A stretch of DNA of 64,000 nucleotides from Octopus vulgaris (Eukaryota). The stretch covers positions 36,518,001-36,582,000 of the forward strand of contig OX597818.1 of NCBI GenBank assembly GCA_951406725.2, written 5' to 3'. The notes below the pieces were generated by a model. The model saw nothing but the letters and a program-made list of their open reading frames with translations, was not told the origin of the DNA and did not search any database. Of the stretch, positions 14,131 through 27,462 are shown one piece after another. The position numbers and the translations under genes were made by a program. Positions within the stretch are counted from its first letter, which is position 1. Each line of letters opens with the position of its first letter.

Positions 14131-15130
14131 TCCGTCCAATATACACTGAAAAGATCGCTTAAGTACTAGAACTGATGTAATCTAGACTGCCTTCTCCTAC
14201 AATGCAAAAGTTACTGTACTTATATTATTATTGCTGTTGATGCTGTCGTCAATGTCATCAGTATCATCATCATCATCACCCTCATGGATCAGTGTTTTGT
14301 TTCGCAATTTTGGAAGAAGTGAAAAAGCATTCAGCTAGTCCATTTAAACTAAATTTTACTTATATTAGCCATAACCTTATCACAGTCCAAGTTCAAATGC
14401 GCAATAAATTTTGTGGTGACGATGGAATAAGACAGAATTTGTAGACTTTTACTTGGCTTTCCAGTCATGAAAATTGTCTGAGAACTCGTCTGGATATCCA
14501 GATAATAATCATACTTAAACGTTTCCTGCAGTTTTAGAAAGTTCCCTATTGAAGATAAAGAAGAAAGGGCGGCATAGTTACGAGAGAAGTCCAGTAAGTT
14601 TTTAGATCAGATTTCTAACTCCTCCAGGTCTTTTTCTTTCAAAGCAGCAGCAACTAAAATAAACATCATTATTATTAATATTAATGAAACTCCACAACAG
14701 GAATGACAAGAAAATCAGCAAAGACAATTGTAAAAGAAAAAGGATGAAGAGCTCAGCGTTTTCACTATGTCTGCAACAAACGTCTCTGAGAAATACTTTC
14801 ATATAAAAAAACAAATTGAAACTGTCAGGGACATACAGTTACCCCACCTCGTGAAGAAGTTGAACAAGAAAACCCATTTTGGCTGAGTTTAGAAGAAATA
14901 AAATTCTCAAAATTTTGGTAGACTTAAAGACGTAGAGGAGAAAATGCGATTGGGACGTTTTCCAACGAGATGACGATGAAGAAATTAGCACAAAATGCAA
15001 CAATAAAACAGAAACTGTAGCAACAGCTACTACTAGAACAACATCAGCAGAAAGAAACAACAAGCATAGCAACAAAAACCACAATAGCAACAATAAAACT
15101 ACTAGTAAAAATACTGCTTAACTTCACAGT

Positions 15131-15488
15131 TGTAGGAGTGGCTGTGTGTTAAGTAGCTTGCTTACCAATCACATGGTTCCGGCAAGTGTCTTCTACTATA
15201 GCCTCGGGCCGACCAAAGCCTTGTGAATGGATTTGGTAGACGGAAACTGAAAGAAGTCCGTCGTATAGATGTGTGTGTGTGTGTTTGATCCTCCAACATC
15301 GCTTGACAACCGATGCTGGTGTGTTTACGCCCTCGTAACCTAGTGGTTCGGCAAAAAAGAGACCGATAGAATAGGTACTAGGCTTACAAAGAATAAGTCC
15401 TGGGGTCGATTTGCTCGACTAAAGGCGGTGCTCCAGCATGGCCACAGTCAAATGACTGAAACGAGTAAGAGTTAAGAGTAAGAGTAAA
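15131..15488 (+). mobile_element. SINE family A (GGCGCAGGAGTGGCTGTGTGGTAAG head, internal TG repeat), internally deleted
   Basis: Colinear with the copies at 20598 and 22224. Confidence 0.9.
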
Positions 15489-15844
15489 GTCATGTCAAAA
15501 ACGTAAATTGGAAACTGAAACGTTCGAGAACAATAGAATACAGAGGGCGCCGCGACTGAAGTAAAAATCAACGAAGTGTCTTGAACATACCAATAACGCA
15601 AGCACCAACGATTGCCATGTCCTAGCTAAGCCACTTGCCAGAGTGAAAGAAATTATGAAGAATATAGTTATTTTAGGTCCTAGATCTTTTTTTTTTACTC
15701 TCATAAAATGCATTTTAATCAGTAATTAAACTTCTTTCACACTTGTGTTTCTGCTATTCTCGTGTTAAGCGCCACGGAGAAATACGATCCCACGTCGGAG
15801 GTCAGTTATTTGTTTATGTTCAAATAGAACAACTAAAATTTCCA

Positions 15845-16148
15845 TACGTGATGCAGAGAGACTAAAATCCTTTTGTTCTGTCATCCAGGGTAGTTATTCA
15901 AGTCCTTAATTTTTATGAATGAAGACAGCTTAAAGTTTAGAGTTTATTGTATTGGAAAACGTAATGACCAACACTCACAAGGTAGAAAAGATTAAAAACA
16001 GTTACAGACCAAATTAAGATTAATTGAATATATATATATATATAGATGTATGTGTATGCGTGTGTGTGTCTGTGTATATGTGTGTGTGTATGTATAGATC
16101 TCTGTGTCTGTGTGTTTGGGTGTCTATGTAGGTAGATATGTATATATA

Positions 16149-16221
<73 letters not shown>

Positions 16222-16420
16222 ATGTATGGGTACGTGATGCATAGTGACTAAGATCCCTTTGTTCTATCATCAAGGGTAGTTATTCAAGTCCTTAATTTTT
16301 ATGAATGAAGACAGTTTAAAGTTTAGAGTTTATTGTGTTGGAAAATGTAATGACCAATATTCACAAGGTAGAAAAGATTCAAAAAAGCTACAGACCAAAT
16401 GAAGATTAATTGAATATATA
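15845..16420 (+). repeat. Two direct ~190-bp copies (15845-16030, 16231-16415), each followed by TA/TG microsatellite
   Basis: TACGTGATGCA...GGGTAGTTATTCAAGTCCTTAATTTTTATGAATGAAGACAG...GATTAATTGAATATATA occurs twice. Confidence 0.85.
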
Positions 16421-16742
16421 TATAGATGTGTTTGTGTGTGTGTGTGAGTGCATCTATGAGTTTGCGTGTATGTATGTAGGTATGTATCTACGTGTATAAG
16501 TGTATATATGTGCGGATGCATGTGTACACACAACTCACAAATACAAACATCTGCAAGTATATGTAACGTATACTCCAACATATACACATATATACATACA
16601 TGCATACATACATATACCTTACATAATTAAATACATATAAGCATAAACAGACGAAAGCAATAACGGAGCGTATAAATACAAAAAGACAAAAGGACAAAGA
16701 AAATATTTGAAGGAAAGAAATGACGAATGATGACAAATAGAT

Positions 16743-16832
<90 letters not shown>

Positions 16833-17017
16833 GTGTGTGCGTGCGTGTGTGTTTGTGTTCGTGTGTGTGGTCATATGGAGGGGAAAGAAGGTGGGGAGGA
16901 ATATGAATGACAGTTAAAATATATGGAGTGGGTCCGAGAGATACAAAGAATGATGCTAGAAGACAAAGATTGAGCAATGAAGAATGAATAAGAAATATGA
17001 ATATAGAGAACATAGTG

Positions 17018-17070
<53 letters not shown>

Positions 17071-17157
17071 GTGTGTGTGGTGTGCGTATGTATTCACCCT
17101 GATCACTTTTACACGGTGAACAATTTGCTTCTTGGTTTTAAATTGCACCCAGAGATC

Positions 17158-17209
<52 letters not shown>

Positions 17210-17337
17210 TCCTTGTTTGTTTTGCAAAATAGTGGTTTTGTCTCTAATAATATTATATAATATTTTACTATAAAATTGGATTTAATCCTAAATCTGATTT
17301 TTTCCCTGTAAATTTGGATTTATTCCCTAATATTTAT

Positions 17338-17424
<87 letters not shown>

Positions 17425-17428
17425 TATA

Positions 17429-17472
<44 letters not shown>

Positions 17473-17594
17473 TGTATGTATTTACCATATGTAGTAATTA
17501 TGAATCTTAAAGGATAATTTCCTGATATGATCGGGTGACTCAGTACTATCATTGGACTCGAGTAAAGATTTACAATGTATATATATTTATATAT

Positions 17595-17681
<87 letters not shown>

Positions 17682-18085
17682 AAGAGAGATGATGGGGTGA
17701 CATATACATATACCCGTGTGTATTTACATACTTATGTATGTATAAGTATATATAACGGGAAGCTTTATGAAAATAGACGAAAGACGAAGGCAGGTGGAAT
17801 ACAAACAAACAATTGTATTAGTATGGCGCTCAGGAATATAAATAAAACAAGTCTTTTACGTTTCGAACCTACGCTCTTCATGCGTAGGTGTGTGAGCGTG
17901 AGTGCATTTCAGTGCGTAAAAATAGCACGCATTGCTTGAATCAGTAATTCATATGTCTACACTCTGGTAATGTAAATAGTTTAATTGACTGAAACTTTAA
18001 ATTTTATTTGCATTCAAAGTGACCAACTACTTCGTGTTTTATATATGCAAACATATTATTATAAATATATACATATTTTCGTATG

Positions 18086-18138
<53 letters not shown>

Positions 18139-18290
18139 TCAAATATGCAATATTTATATTTATATATGAGATATTTATACATATATATGTGTGAAGATAT
18201 ATACATATGCATAAATACAATAGGTTAAATAAAATAAGACAACACAGCCAATGCACTGTGAAATTTATAGGACATTTTATAAAGAGAAGG

Positions 18291-18344
18291 ATTGTCTTAC
18301 AGCTGTTTCAGGGATATAAAAGATATCCCATCATCAGAGACAAT
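18291..18344 (-). ncRNA. Type I hammerhead ribozyme motif (Penelope-like element terminus type)
   Basis: Minus strand: ATTGTCT-CTGATGA-T GGGATAT ctttt ATATCCC T-GAAA-CAGCTG-TA-AGACAAT. It has a 7-bp stem I, a 7-bp stem II, a palindromic stem III and a GUA site. Confidence 0.85.
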
Positions 18345-18474
18345 ATGAGAGAGTTAAATAGAAGGAAATGGTAAAGTTCAATATAAGAAGTTTATTTTGG
18401 AAAGGGGAATCAGTTATCGACCACTAACACTCAGTTTCGTGCCTCTAGCGATAAAAACAAAATACATTTATACA

Positions 18475-18523
<49 letters not shown>

Positions 18524-18641
18524 CTGAGGGAACGAAAGAAAGGAGGGCACTCAACATAAATTTCAACTCAAATTTCCAATGGGTGAAGATTAACATCATG
18601 CTTTGACACTCGGAGTACCAAGGAATTTCAATCAATTTTTC

Positions 18642-18707
<66 letters not shown>

Positions 18708-19056
18708 GAAATGAGGTACTCAGAAAATCGGATGGTTTATATTTACAGATATTTATTTGTATATTACTTTTTTATATATCATATAACTTAGATCATGTAT
18801 TAGCGCTTTCTCCCATTCTAGTGGGGTTTTCAAATCAAACTAAGTTCCTGTGTGAAACGTTTTGACCATTTTATAGTGGTATTGAGTTTGCATTGGTGGG
18901 GAACCAGCCAAAATTGCAAAGATAATCTGGAACTCGACTGACGATAGAAAACTCAGAATGATCCGTCCTTGTTTTTCTTGTATCTTCTGTCTGGATATTT
19001 TTTTCCTTTTTTTGTTTCACCAGTCAGGATGTTTTGCGTTCTTGTCCCATTTTTGG

Positions 19057-19090
<34 letters not shown>

Positions 19091-19184
19091 AATTTTCCTA
19101 TATACGTATATACATTCATATATATGGGCATATATTTCAATATATATATTTATATGTATATATATATATATATAGTTAATTCAG

Positions 19185-19375
19185 ACATGAAAACACAAAG
19201 AGATAACACAACAACGCGAGGACGTGGAACAAGTATAGTGTTATTGGACGCTCAGGAAAGGAAAGAAAGAAAGAGGATTAAACATTTCGAGCGGAGCTCT
19301 TCGTCAGAAACACAGAAAAAGGAAAGATCCCAGGAAGGGAAGACGGGGGGGGGGAATCGCCAACAGGACGCGTGA
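19185..19375 (-). mobile_element. Penelope-like terminal fragment with decayed minimal HHR (19277-19311)
   Basis: Minus strand GTTT-CTGACGA-A-GAGC tcc GCTC-GAAA-TGTT. A related fragment lies on + at ~44038-44110. Confidence 0.6.
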
Positions 19376-20597
19376 ACCAACTGTAGATTCAACGATTATT
19401 TGTCAGGAGCAATGGGTCTTCAAAAATATTTGAGTTGGTATCCAGCATGCTGGAAGACCACTGGAAGTGAGCCACCCCTTAGCTTTTGCTAATGCTTGTC
19501 TCTAGGAGAAGGTCACTCTGATTTATAATCATATATGCAGGGAAGGGCATTGAACGTTTTGCGGAACTTTTGCTTGCGATTGAGATCGTGGTGCTCTTAT
19601 ATTCCTGAGCCTACGACCCATAACAGCACTACACATCTTCCTCTGGCTTATATATATATATATATTCACCATGATAGATCGCTAGCCACTACACATTCTT
19701 TATTTTCTCTCCCTGTTTCTTTCTGTGTTCCTTTCTGTGGAAGAATTTTTCACTTCCCGAGCGTTATATTAATACATCTGTTTGTTTTCTACACCACCTG
19801 TCTTCGTCTTATGTTTTATTGTGAATTCTCCCCATATATATATATATATATATGTATTATGTATATGTGTGTGGGGTGTATGTATGTGTGTATGTATGTA
19901 TGTGTGTGTCTATGTATGTATGTATGTGTGTGCGAGTGTATGCAGGGGTGACAGCACTAAGCAGTAAAATGTAACTTGTAACCAGTTCAAACATGCCTGA
20001 GGCATATTCGACCCCTTAAATAATCCATCCACTATATTTTATCACCTATATATTCCCACACTCACACACGCGCGCACACAGACACGCAAACACACACATA
20101 GACATGCGCATACACATATACACACACATACGCACATACATACATACATACATACATACATACATACATACATACATACATACATACATACATACATACA
20201 TACATTACATGCATACATTACATCAGGGAGGCCAGCTGTTCTGCTGATACGAATATCTCTCTGAAAATCAGGCAGTCGAAGACTAGTTCAGGCGAAGCAG
20301 ATAAGCTAAAGAGCGAAACGCTTGCGACCCTGGGATACCTGCTGACGTAATGGATTTTAAACAGCTTGCTAGACCTCTGAGTGGTTCCTGCATGTTGTGT
20401 GTGGGCAAAAGCATCTCCGAGGTTATTTTACCTCTATGGAAACATTTTCAAATAGATTTCCGTCTTTAGTTAATTTTAGCTAAATATGGTCCTTGTTATT
20501 GATAGAATTGCCACTTGACCAAACCTATTCCAGCTGAAACCATCCCGTCCTTTCCTCTATTCAGACATACACTGTCTATGATTACATTATCCATGAA

Positions 20598-21036
20598 GGC
20601 GCAGGAGTGGCTGTGTGGTAAGTAGCTTGCTTACCAACCACATGGTTCCGGGTTCAGTCTCACTGCGTTGCATCTTGGGCAAGTGTCTTCTACTATAGCC
20701 TCGGGCCGACCAGAGCCTTTAGAGTGGATTTGGTAGACGGAAACTGAAAGAAGCCCGTCGTATATATGTGTATATATATATGTGTTTGGGTGTGTGTGTG
20801 TGTGTGTGTGTGTATGTATTTGTGTGTCTGTGTTTGTCCTCCCAACATTCTTGACAACCGATGCTGGTGTGTTTACGTTCCCGTAACTTAGTGGTTCGGC
20901 AAAAGCGACCGATAGAATAAGTACTAGGTTTACAAAGAATTATGTCCTGGGGTCGATTTGCTCGACTAAAGTCGGTGCCCCAGCATGGCCACATTCAAAT
21001 GAATGAAACGATTAAAAGGGTAAAAGAGTAAAAGAG
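20598..21036 (+). mobile_element. SINE family A, full length
   Basis: tRNA-like head (TGGCTGTGTGG...GGTTCAGTC), internal (TG)n, conserved 3' CCAGCATGGCC...TGAAAC and an AAGAGTA-type tail. Confidence 0.9.
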
Positions 21037-22223
21037 ATGTTCTTGACTTACTTTAAGAAATCAGTGCGTCATGAGGGAGATTTGGCGGCTATTTCTAGTA
21101 GGTCGATCAACTACAATGATGCTTCTTTGCTCAGTAAAGTGAAATATTTGATAGATTCGGAGGCTCTTTGAATCATTTCAGTAATGTCAGCCATATTGTT
21201 CCCAAAATATTTATTCTGTTCACAGTGATTGAGTTCTCAGCATAATATTGTTTCTTTCTGTTTCCTTCATGTTTAGTATGGTTCTCCCTCCGCACACTAT
21301 CTTTATGTAATTTTCATTGTTGCACCATATATTCTAATATTATTCCTGAATTTGATGTTTCTCAACAGATGAGTGCATTTGGGCTTAGATGTTTCCCTTC
21401 TTTATCTCCGTCTCTTTTCCTCTCTCTCTCACCCTCTTTCACATCATCTCACTCCCCTCTCTCGCTCTCTCTCACTTTAAAATAGTCTTGTAATCCAGTT
21501 ATCCTTTTGTAAATTATTCCGCAAATGTTTTAGATCCTATAAATGTAATTATTTAATTTATTCAACTAACGAACAAGTGTTACTCCCTTAAAACATATAG
21601 AGAGTTTAAGGTTACTCTGGGCACATTTCTATGGGCCTCATAGCTCAACAATTCAGAGTCCCAGAGGATTTATGCATTGTTTTTACTTCATACACATTAG
21701 AAATATTAACACACGTTTGTTGTTTTTCTTGAATTCTTTTTTCTCTCAGTAAATATATTTGCTTTTTAGTTAATTCATTGATACAGATACATTTTGTTCG
21801 ATCTTGTATGAAATTATTTCTTCCTTTACACGGTGATACTGATGAAGTGAGATTCACCATTTAGATAGAGGCTAGTATCTATTAGATTTGCTACACAGAT
21901 ATCATGATATTCGTTTCTCTCCGCTGCAATAATATACTATGGGATTTATAATTGGCTATTATTTTCTTTCTCCATAGTGAATTGCATGGAGATACATATA
22001 AAGTTCATGTGATCCAGTAGAGGTTGAATGTACTGATATCGTTTCAGCATAACGAAGGAGATACTCACGTATACAAGCTAAACAGCTGTGTTTACTACTA
22101 CATATTTAATCTATAGCTATTTCTTCTTCACAGTTTTAGTTGCTTCGCCCCAAGCCAGACCTAGTTCAGGAATCTTACAATCAAAGACGTTCCAAATGTG
22201 TCCATCCTGTTTTTTTTTATTCA

Positions 22224-22644
22224 GGCGCAGGAGTGGCTGTGTGGTAAGTAGCTTGCTAACCAACCACATGGTTCCGGGTTCAGTCCCACTGCGTGGCACC
22301 TTGGGCAAGTGTCTTCTGCTATAGCCCCGGGCCGACCAATGCCTTGTGAGTGGATTTGGTAGACGGAAGCTGAAAGAAGCCCGTCGTATATATGTATACA
22401 TATATGTGTGTATGTGTGTGTATATGTTTGTGTGTCTGTGTTGCCCCCCCCCCCCTAGCATTGCTTGACAACCGATGCTGGTGTGTTTACGTCCCCGTTA
22501 CTTAGCGGTTCGGCACAAGAGACCGATAGAATAAGTACTGGGCTTACAAAAGAATAAGTCCCGGGGTCGAGTTGCTCGATTAAAGGCGGTGCTCCAGCAT
22601 GGCCGCAGTTAAATGACTGAAACAAGTAAAACAGAATAAAAGAG
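22224..22644 (+). mobile_element. SINE family A, full length
   Basis: Colinear and highly similar to 20598-21036. Confidence 0.9.
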
Positions 22645-22895
22645 ATATAGTTTCCTTCCTCTTATATGTCAGTAAGATAAATTAGAAGGCGAGGCTGCTA
22701 TTTTTAGCATATTGTGTGACCTTCCCATTCACTCGATATTTTTGCAGTTTCATAAGTCCCTTATCCTTTATCTCTAATCTTTTACTTGTTTCAATCATTA
22801 GACTGCGGTCATACGGGGCCACCGCCCTCAAGAATATTAGTTGAACGAATTTTAAGTCTATTACTTATTCTATCGGTCTCTTTCATATATATGTA

Positions 22896-22928
<33 letters not shown>

Positions 22929-22930
<2 letters not shown>

Positions 22931-23165
22931 AGGCGCGTGGCTTAGTGGTTAGGGTCTCAGCATCATGATTGTACGATTGTGGTTTCGAGTCCTGGAGCGG
23001 GCGACGCGTTGTGTTCTTGAGCAAAACACTTCATTTCACGTTGCTCCAGTCCACTCAGCTGACAAAAATGGACTAGCATCCCGTCCAGCTGGGGGACACA
23101 TACGCCATTGAAACTGGGAAACCGAGCCCATGAGCCTGGCTAGGCTTTAAAAGGGCGCATTTATT
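22929..23165 (+). mobile_element. SINE family B (GGAGGCGCGTGGCTTAGTGG head)
   Basis: A-box TGGCTTAGTGG and B-box-like GTTTCGAGTCC. Homologous to 57735-57986. Confidence 0.85.
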
Positions 23166-23203
23166 GTTTTTATTTTATATATATGCGTACATACACACAC
23201 ACT

Positions 23204-23290
<87 letters not shown>

Positions 23291-23751
23291 CACAAGAGAG
23301 AATCTCTCGATCCTTTTTCTTCCCTACTCTGTAAGGGTTCTTCTTGATTTATTGGCTTAAACGTTCTTTCAATATGACAACGAAGCTAACAATATAAAAA
23401 TATAGTTTAATTCTAACGGGAAAAAATCTACTTTGAAGTTGCCTTTTTTAAAAGTAAACAAACACAATCACACATCCATATAAACAGATGTCTTTTCTAT
23501 GCTCTAGATTAAAATACTTTTAATAGTTGCGATTTACTTTTTGTTATTAAGTATATCAAGTTTAGATTTGTATTTACTAAAGATAAACAAACAGAACGCA
23601 TTCAACCATTCTTCTAAAAAGCATGGCCTAAGTTTTCTTGAGTTTGGGTGCCTATATCTAACATGTTTCTTCTTATCGAAACCATTTCATTTTCTGCTAA
23701 AATTTATTCACATTTTTCTATATCTTCATTGTATATTGCTAGAATCTTCTT

Positions 23752-25510
23752 CAGTGGCAGATCTACAATATTGGGGCCCTGAAGCTTAAAATGTTATAGG
23801 GGCCCCTATGCAACCAGCAACAGTAGGATAACATCCAACAAGAGTCAAATAATTTTCTTGCCCTTACAAGGAACTCCGACCTTGAGGCCCTGATAGCCCA
23901 AATGGTGAAGTGGTGATGTAAAGTCCTTAAAGATGAGTCTGACAATGAGCCGTCTTTCCACCAGAAACTAGGTGTGGGAATCATCGATATCTTTGTCGAT
24001 GTGGTTGTTCCATAGCAGATTGCCACAAATTTCTTTACAAATTTAAGAATTACATTTCAGATTGTGATACTGAAAGTCACTGGTGTGAACATATATTTTC
24101 CGGACTATACCTTATACTTTTAGAGTTACGAAGGGTTGAAAATAAGTGAATTATTATATACATGCATGATGCATCATAGAGTAAAGCAGCAGGTATTTAA
24201 AGGGAAAAATTTGACAAGACAGTCAGTCACTGGCTGACACTCGCTGACGATACGTCGAAGAGGCCAGGGAATAGAAGAAAGAAGACATGCACTCAACACC
24301 AGAGCTGAAGACACCTCCGAAAGGGGGGGGGGCACGTCAAAACGGTAGAGGAGTAGGGGCCGAACGAAACCGGACGTGGTTCCTCCTGATGATGTCTTGA
24401 GCTAACTGGATCCTATAAGGAGCTGTTGTGGTAGCAGACCACGAAACACGGTTGTAATTCCTAACAAATAGCACAGTTGATATAATCTAATATTAATCTT
24501 ATATTTAAGATAGATATGAAAATTACAAAATACTCTTTTCTTCTGTTTTTTTTGTTGTTGTTGTTGTTTTATAGCAGCGTATTCCCTTACAGCTTTGTCA
24601 TATGACAGCTTCCGTGCAATGTCATTTTCTAGAGACAATATGCATCAGGAATTTAAGCGCTCTTCAGTCATGGTAGACTGAAATGTACTCCTTATAAAGG
24701 AAAGCATTGAGAAATTCTTTTCTGCTTCACAGATTGTGGTAGGCATTGGCAAGTACAGCCTAAGTGCAGTAGTAATATTAGGGAACACTCAAATTCCGCC
24801 GAGATTGACTTTACCCTTTCATGCTTTTTGGGTCGATAAATTACGTACCAGTTGGGCACTGGGGTTGATCTGATCGACTGGCCCTCTCCCCCCAAATTTT
24901 GGATCTAGTGCCTAGAGTAGAAAAGAATATAAGGGAACACGTCAATTAATTGTTGCTCATAAATAAGCTGAAGAACTTCTGTGCATTGCATTTTTGGTGG
25001 TGTGTTATCTTCTGTGTTCTGCGATTTCTTAAGGTGTAAACACTCTTTGAACTGATAACACTCATCTATTAATTTGTGGTTAATATCGTCTGTGTAATGC
25101 GATATGATAAGTTCCATACTGTTCTCATCAAATTCTGAATTGTTCATCAGTTCTGACAGAAACTTGAACCTTTTCGCAATCTGCTCATATGGCTCCACCC
25201 TCTTTCTTAACTGAATTATCAAGCAGTCATAGACTTGATTTAGAACTTCTATCCTAAATTTTTTAACCCTTTTCAAAGAAGCTCTATCATTTGTTCCATC
25301 TGTAAATTTCTTTGTAACAAGGCGTTTGGAAACATCAGAATATTTGAGGTGATATATTTACATACACCTTTTGCTATTTATTCATAGTGTGCAATCCTGT
25401 GGGCTGAATTTTCTCATAGTTCTTTAACAAATGAAAGCAAAGAAGCTAGAAGGTAACATTCAAATACATCAAAACCAAGGGTTTGCTGTTTCTTACTTGT
25501 TTTGTTATTT
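23752..25510 (-). mobile_element. Decayed hAT DNA transposon: transposase C-terminus with dimerisation domain and a candidate TIR
   Basis: ORF 24905-25276 gives FRIEVLNQVYDCLIIQLRKR. After the SINE it continues FPNITTALRLYLPMPTTICEAEKNFSMLSFIRSTFQSTMTEERLN...SLENDIARKLSYDKAVREYA. CAGTGGCAGATCTA at 23752 resembles a hAT terminus. Confidence 0.8.
24789..24925 (+). mobile_element. 5'-truncated SINE family C inserted in the hAT transposase, 15-bp TSD
   Basis: AATATTAGGGAACAC (24774-24788) and AATATAAGGGAACAC (24926-24940) flank it. Removing it restores the IDVFP-NITTAL reading. Confidence 0.85.
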
Positions 25511-26439
25511 CTAGCATGTGGAGAGACCTTCTAGGCTTAACTTCATTCGCTGGTTGAAAATCACCTAACAAAAGTTCTGGGGTCGCTACATTCGACTAAA
25601 ATTTATTCAAGGCGGTGCCCCAGCATTACTGCAGTCAAATGATTTAACAATTACGAAGGAAAAACAAAAACCACAAAAAAAACGAAATATAACACTCAGA
25701 TGGTCTTGATTTGACTTTAAAAAAGAATCCCGGGTTCTATACAGTCGTCTAAAAAGACTACAAGGTTGTGCCCCAGCATGGTCGCAGTCTAATAACTACA
25801 ACAAGTAAGAAGGAAAGAAAAATTTTGTGGTCGATATGTTCAACTAAAAATCTTCAAGGCAGTGCCCCAGTAAGGCCACCGACAAATGACTGAAACAAGT
25901 ACATGGGGGAAAAACGAAAAATTTAACTGAAAAATATAACCGAGGGTATTTTGTCCACTTTCACACTTATAGGGTTTTTGTCTGAGGAAGTTTTGTCCTA
26001 GGTAGGGTTTGTCCTACACTCGTGCGAAGGGCTTGCTCTGTTATCCAGTTAAGATTTGAGATGTTTGTTTTTTTAGAAATATTCAGTTTGTAATTTGCTA
26101 TTTTATTTTTGGATAAATCTTAATTTTGTGCTATAAGTTTCTTATGTTGAGAAATATTTAATTTGTAATGTGCTGTATATGGCATTAAATGCATATTTAA
26201 TTGCTTAAAACTATAAAATACGTGTTGTCTACTTGGTTTTATTTTTCTCATTGAGGTGGTTGTGAGGTGTGCTAAAAATAATAGGTAAATAGGCCTAAAA
26301 TCATGCACCCCTACAATTTATTCATTTATTTATTATTATTTTTTTTGCATAATCATATGAAGTCCCATGTGCAGAATACAAATTCACAAAATTATCTGGA
26401 AATTCCAAAATATATATACAATGTTAGGGCGTTATTAAA

Positions 26440-27462
26440 GCCCTTGGCGCAGGTAAAACACATGGACCATACCCCCTTTGAGTTTTTTTTGGAGGTGCTT
26501 TTTTCTACAGAAACTTACTTTTTCGACTGCGGAGATTCTGAATCTGCAAAAAAAAAAATCGATATTTCAAAATTTTAATTCCCCCAAATTCCACACCAAA
26601 CCACCACCCCACACAATTTTTCATATTTTGTAAAAATCCTTTTAGCGAAATACATAGAAAAACACGGAGATTATGAATATGTAGAAAGCAAATTTGTAAA
26701 ATTTCAATTTTTCAAAAATAAAATAATAGTAATAATAATAAATAAACACCCCTCCCCTCCCACTAAAATAGCAGACGTAAAAAGTATCTAAACAGAAAAC
26801 TCGACATGCTAGAAACAGCAGTTAAACGACGAACCACATTTTCATAATTTTAATTTTCCCCACCTCCTTTTTTTTCTTTGCTAGAGGGGTGGAGAATGGG
26901 AAAATGAAAATTTTGAAAACTAGCTTTTGGGGTTTTCAAAATCTTCAATTTTTATGTACGCTCCAACCGGAACGTCCGACAAGCTAGAAACAACAGCCAA
27001 CCGAAGATCCACTTTCTAAATACGAATGACCGAAAAAGTAAACATTAAAAAGAATATCATTTTATTGTCATGTGTGTGTGTATGTGTGTGCAAAAAACTA
27101 ATTTTCACATACCTCTCTTAATTCCTAGAGACCTTCAACCACATTTTCACTTTTTGTCACAGATGCGATTGCGGAGGGGAACGGTGTGTATTTATTTATT
27201 TTTAGAAAAACGAAATTTTACCAAAATGTTTTTTTTTAGAATCACAATCTCCGTATTTCTCTGCGTGTTACGCCAAAAAAAAAGTGAAAAATTTGTGCGG
27301 GGGTGAGGAATGAATTGATTGAATTAAAATTTTGAAATGTTGATTTTTTTTTGAAGATTCGGAATCTCTACAGTTGAAAAAGTGGGTTTCTGTAGAACTC
27401 TCCTCCCCACCAAAAAAACTGATAGTGGGTGTGGTCCATGTCCTTTACTTCCGCCAAGGCCT
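26440..27462. mobile_element. Non-autonomous DNA transposon with long imperfect terminal inverted repeats
   Basis: 26440-26580 (CCTTGGCGCAGGTAAAACACATGGACCA...) is reverse-complementary to 27322-27460. Weaker symmetry continues inward (26640-26715 vs 27190-27275). Confidence 0.75.

Noticed and set aside
22224-22300. tRNA genes
   Set aside because: The tRNA-like segments are SINE heads that continue into SINE bodies and lack a complete cloverleaf.
24300-24400. CTGAAGA, GAAAC and CTGATGA motifs suggesting a hammerhead
   Set aside because: The stems cannot be closed in the required order.
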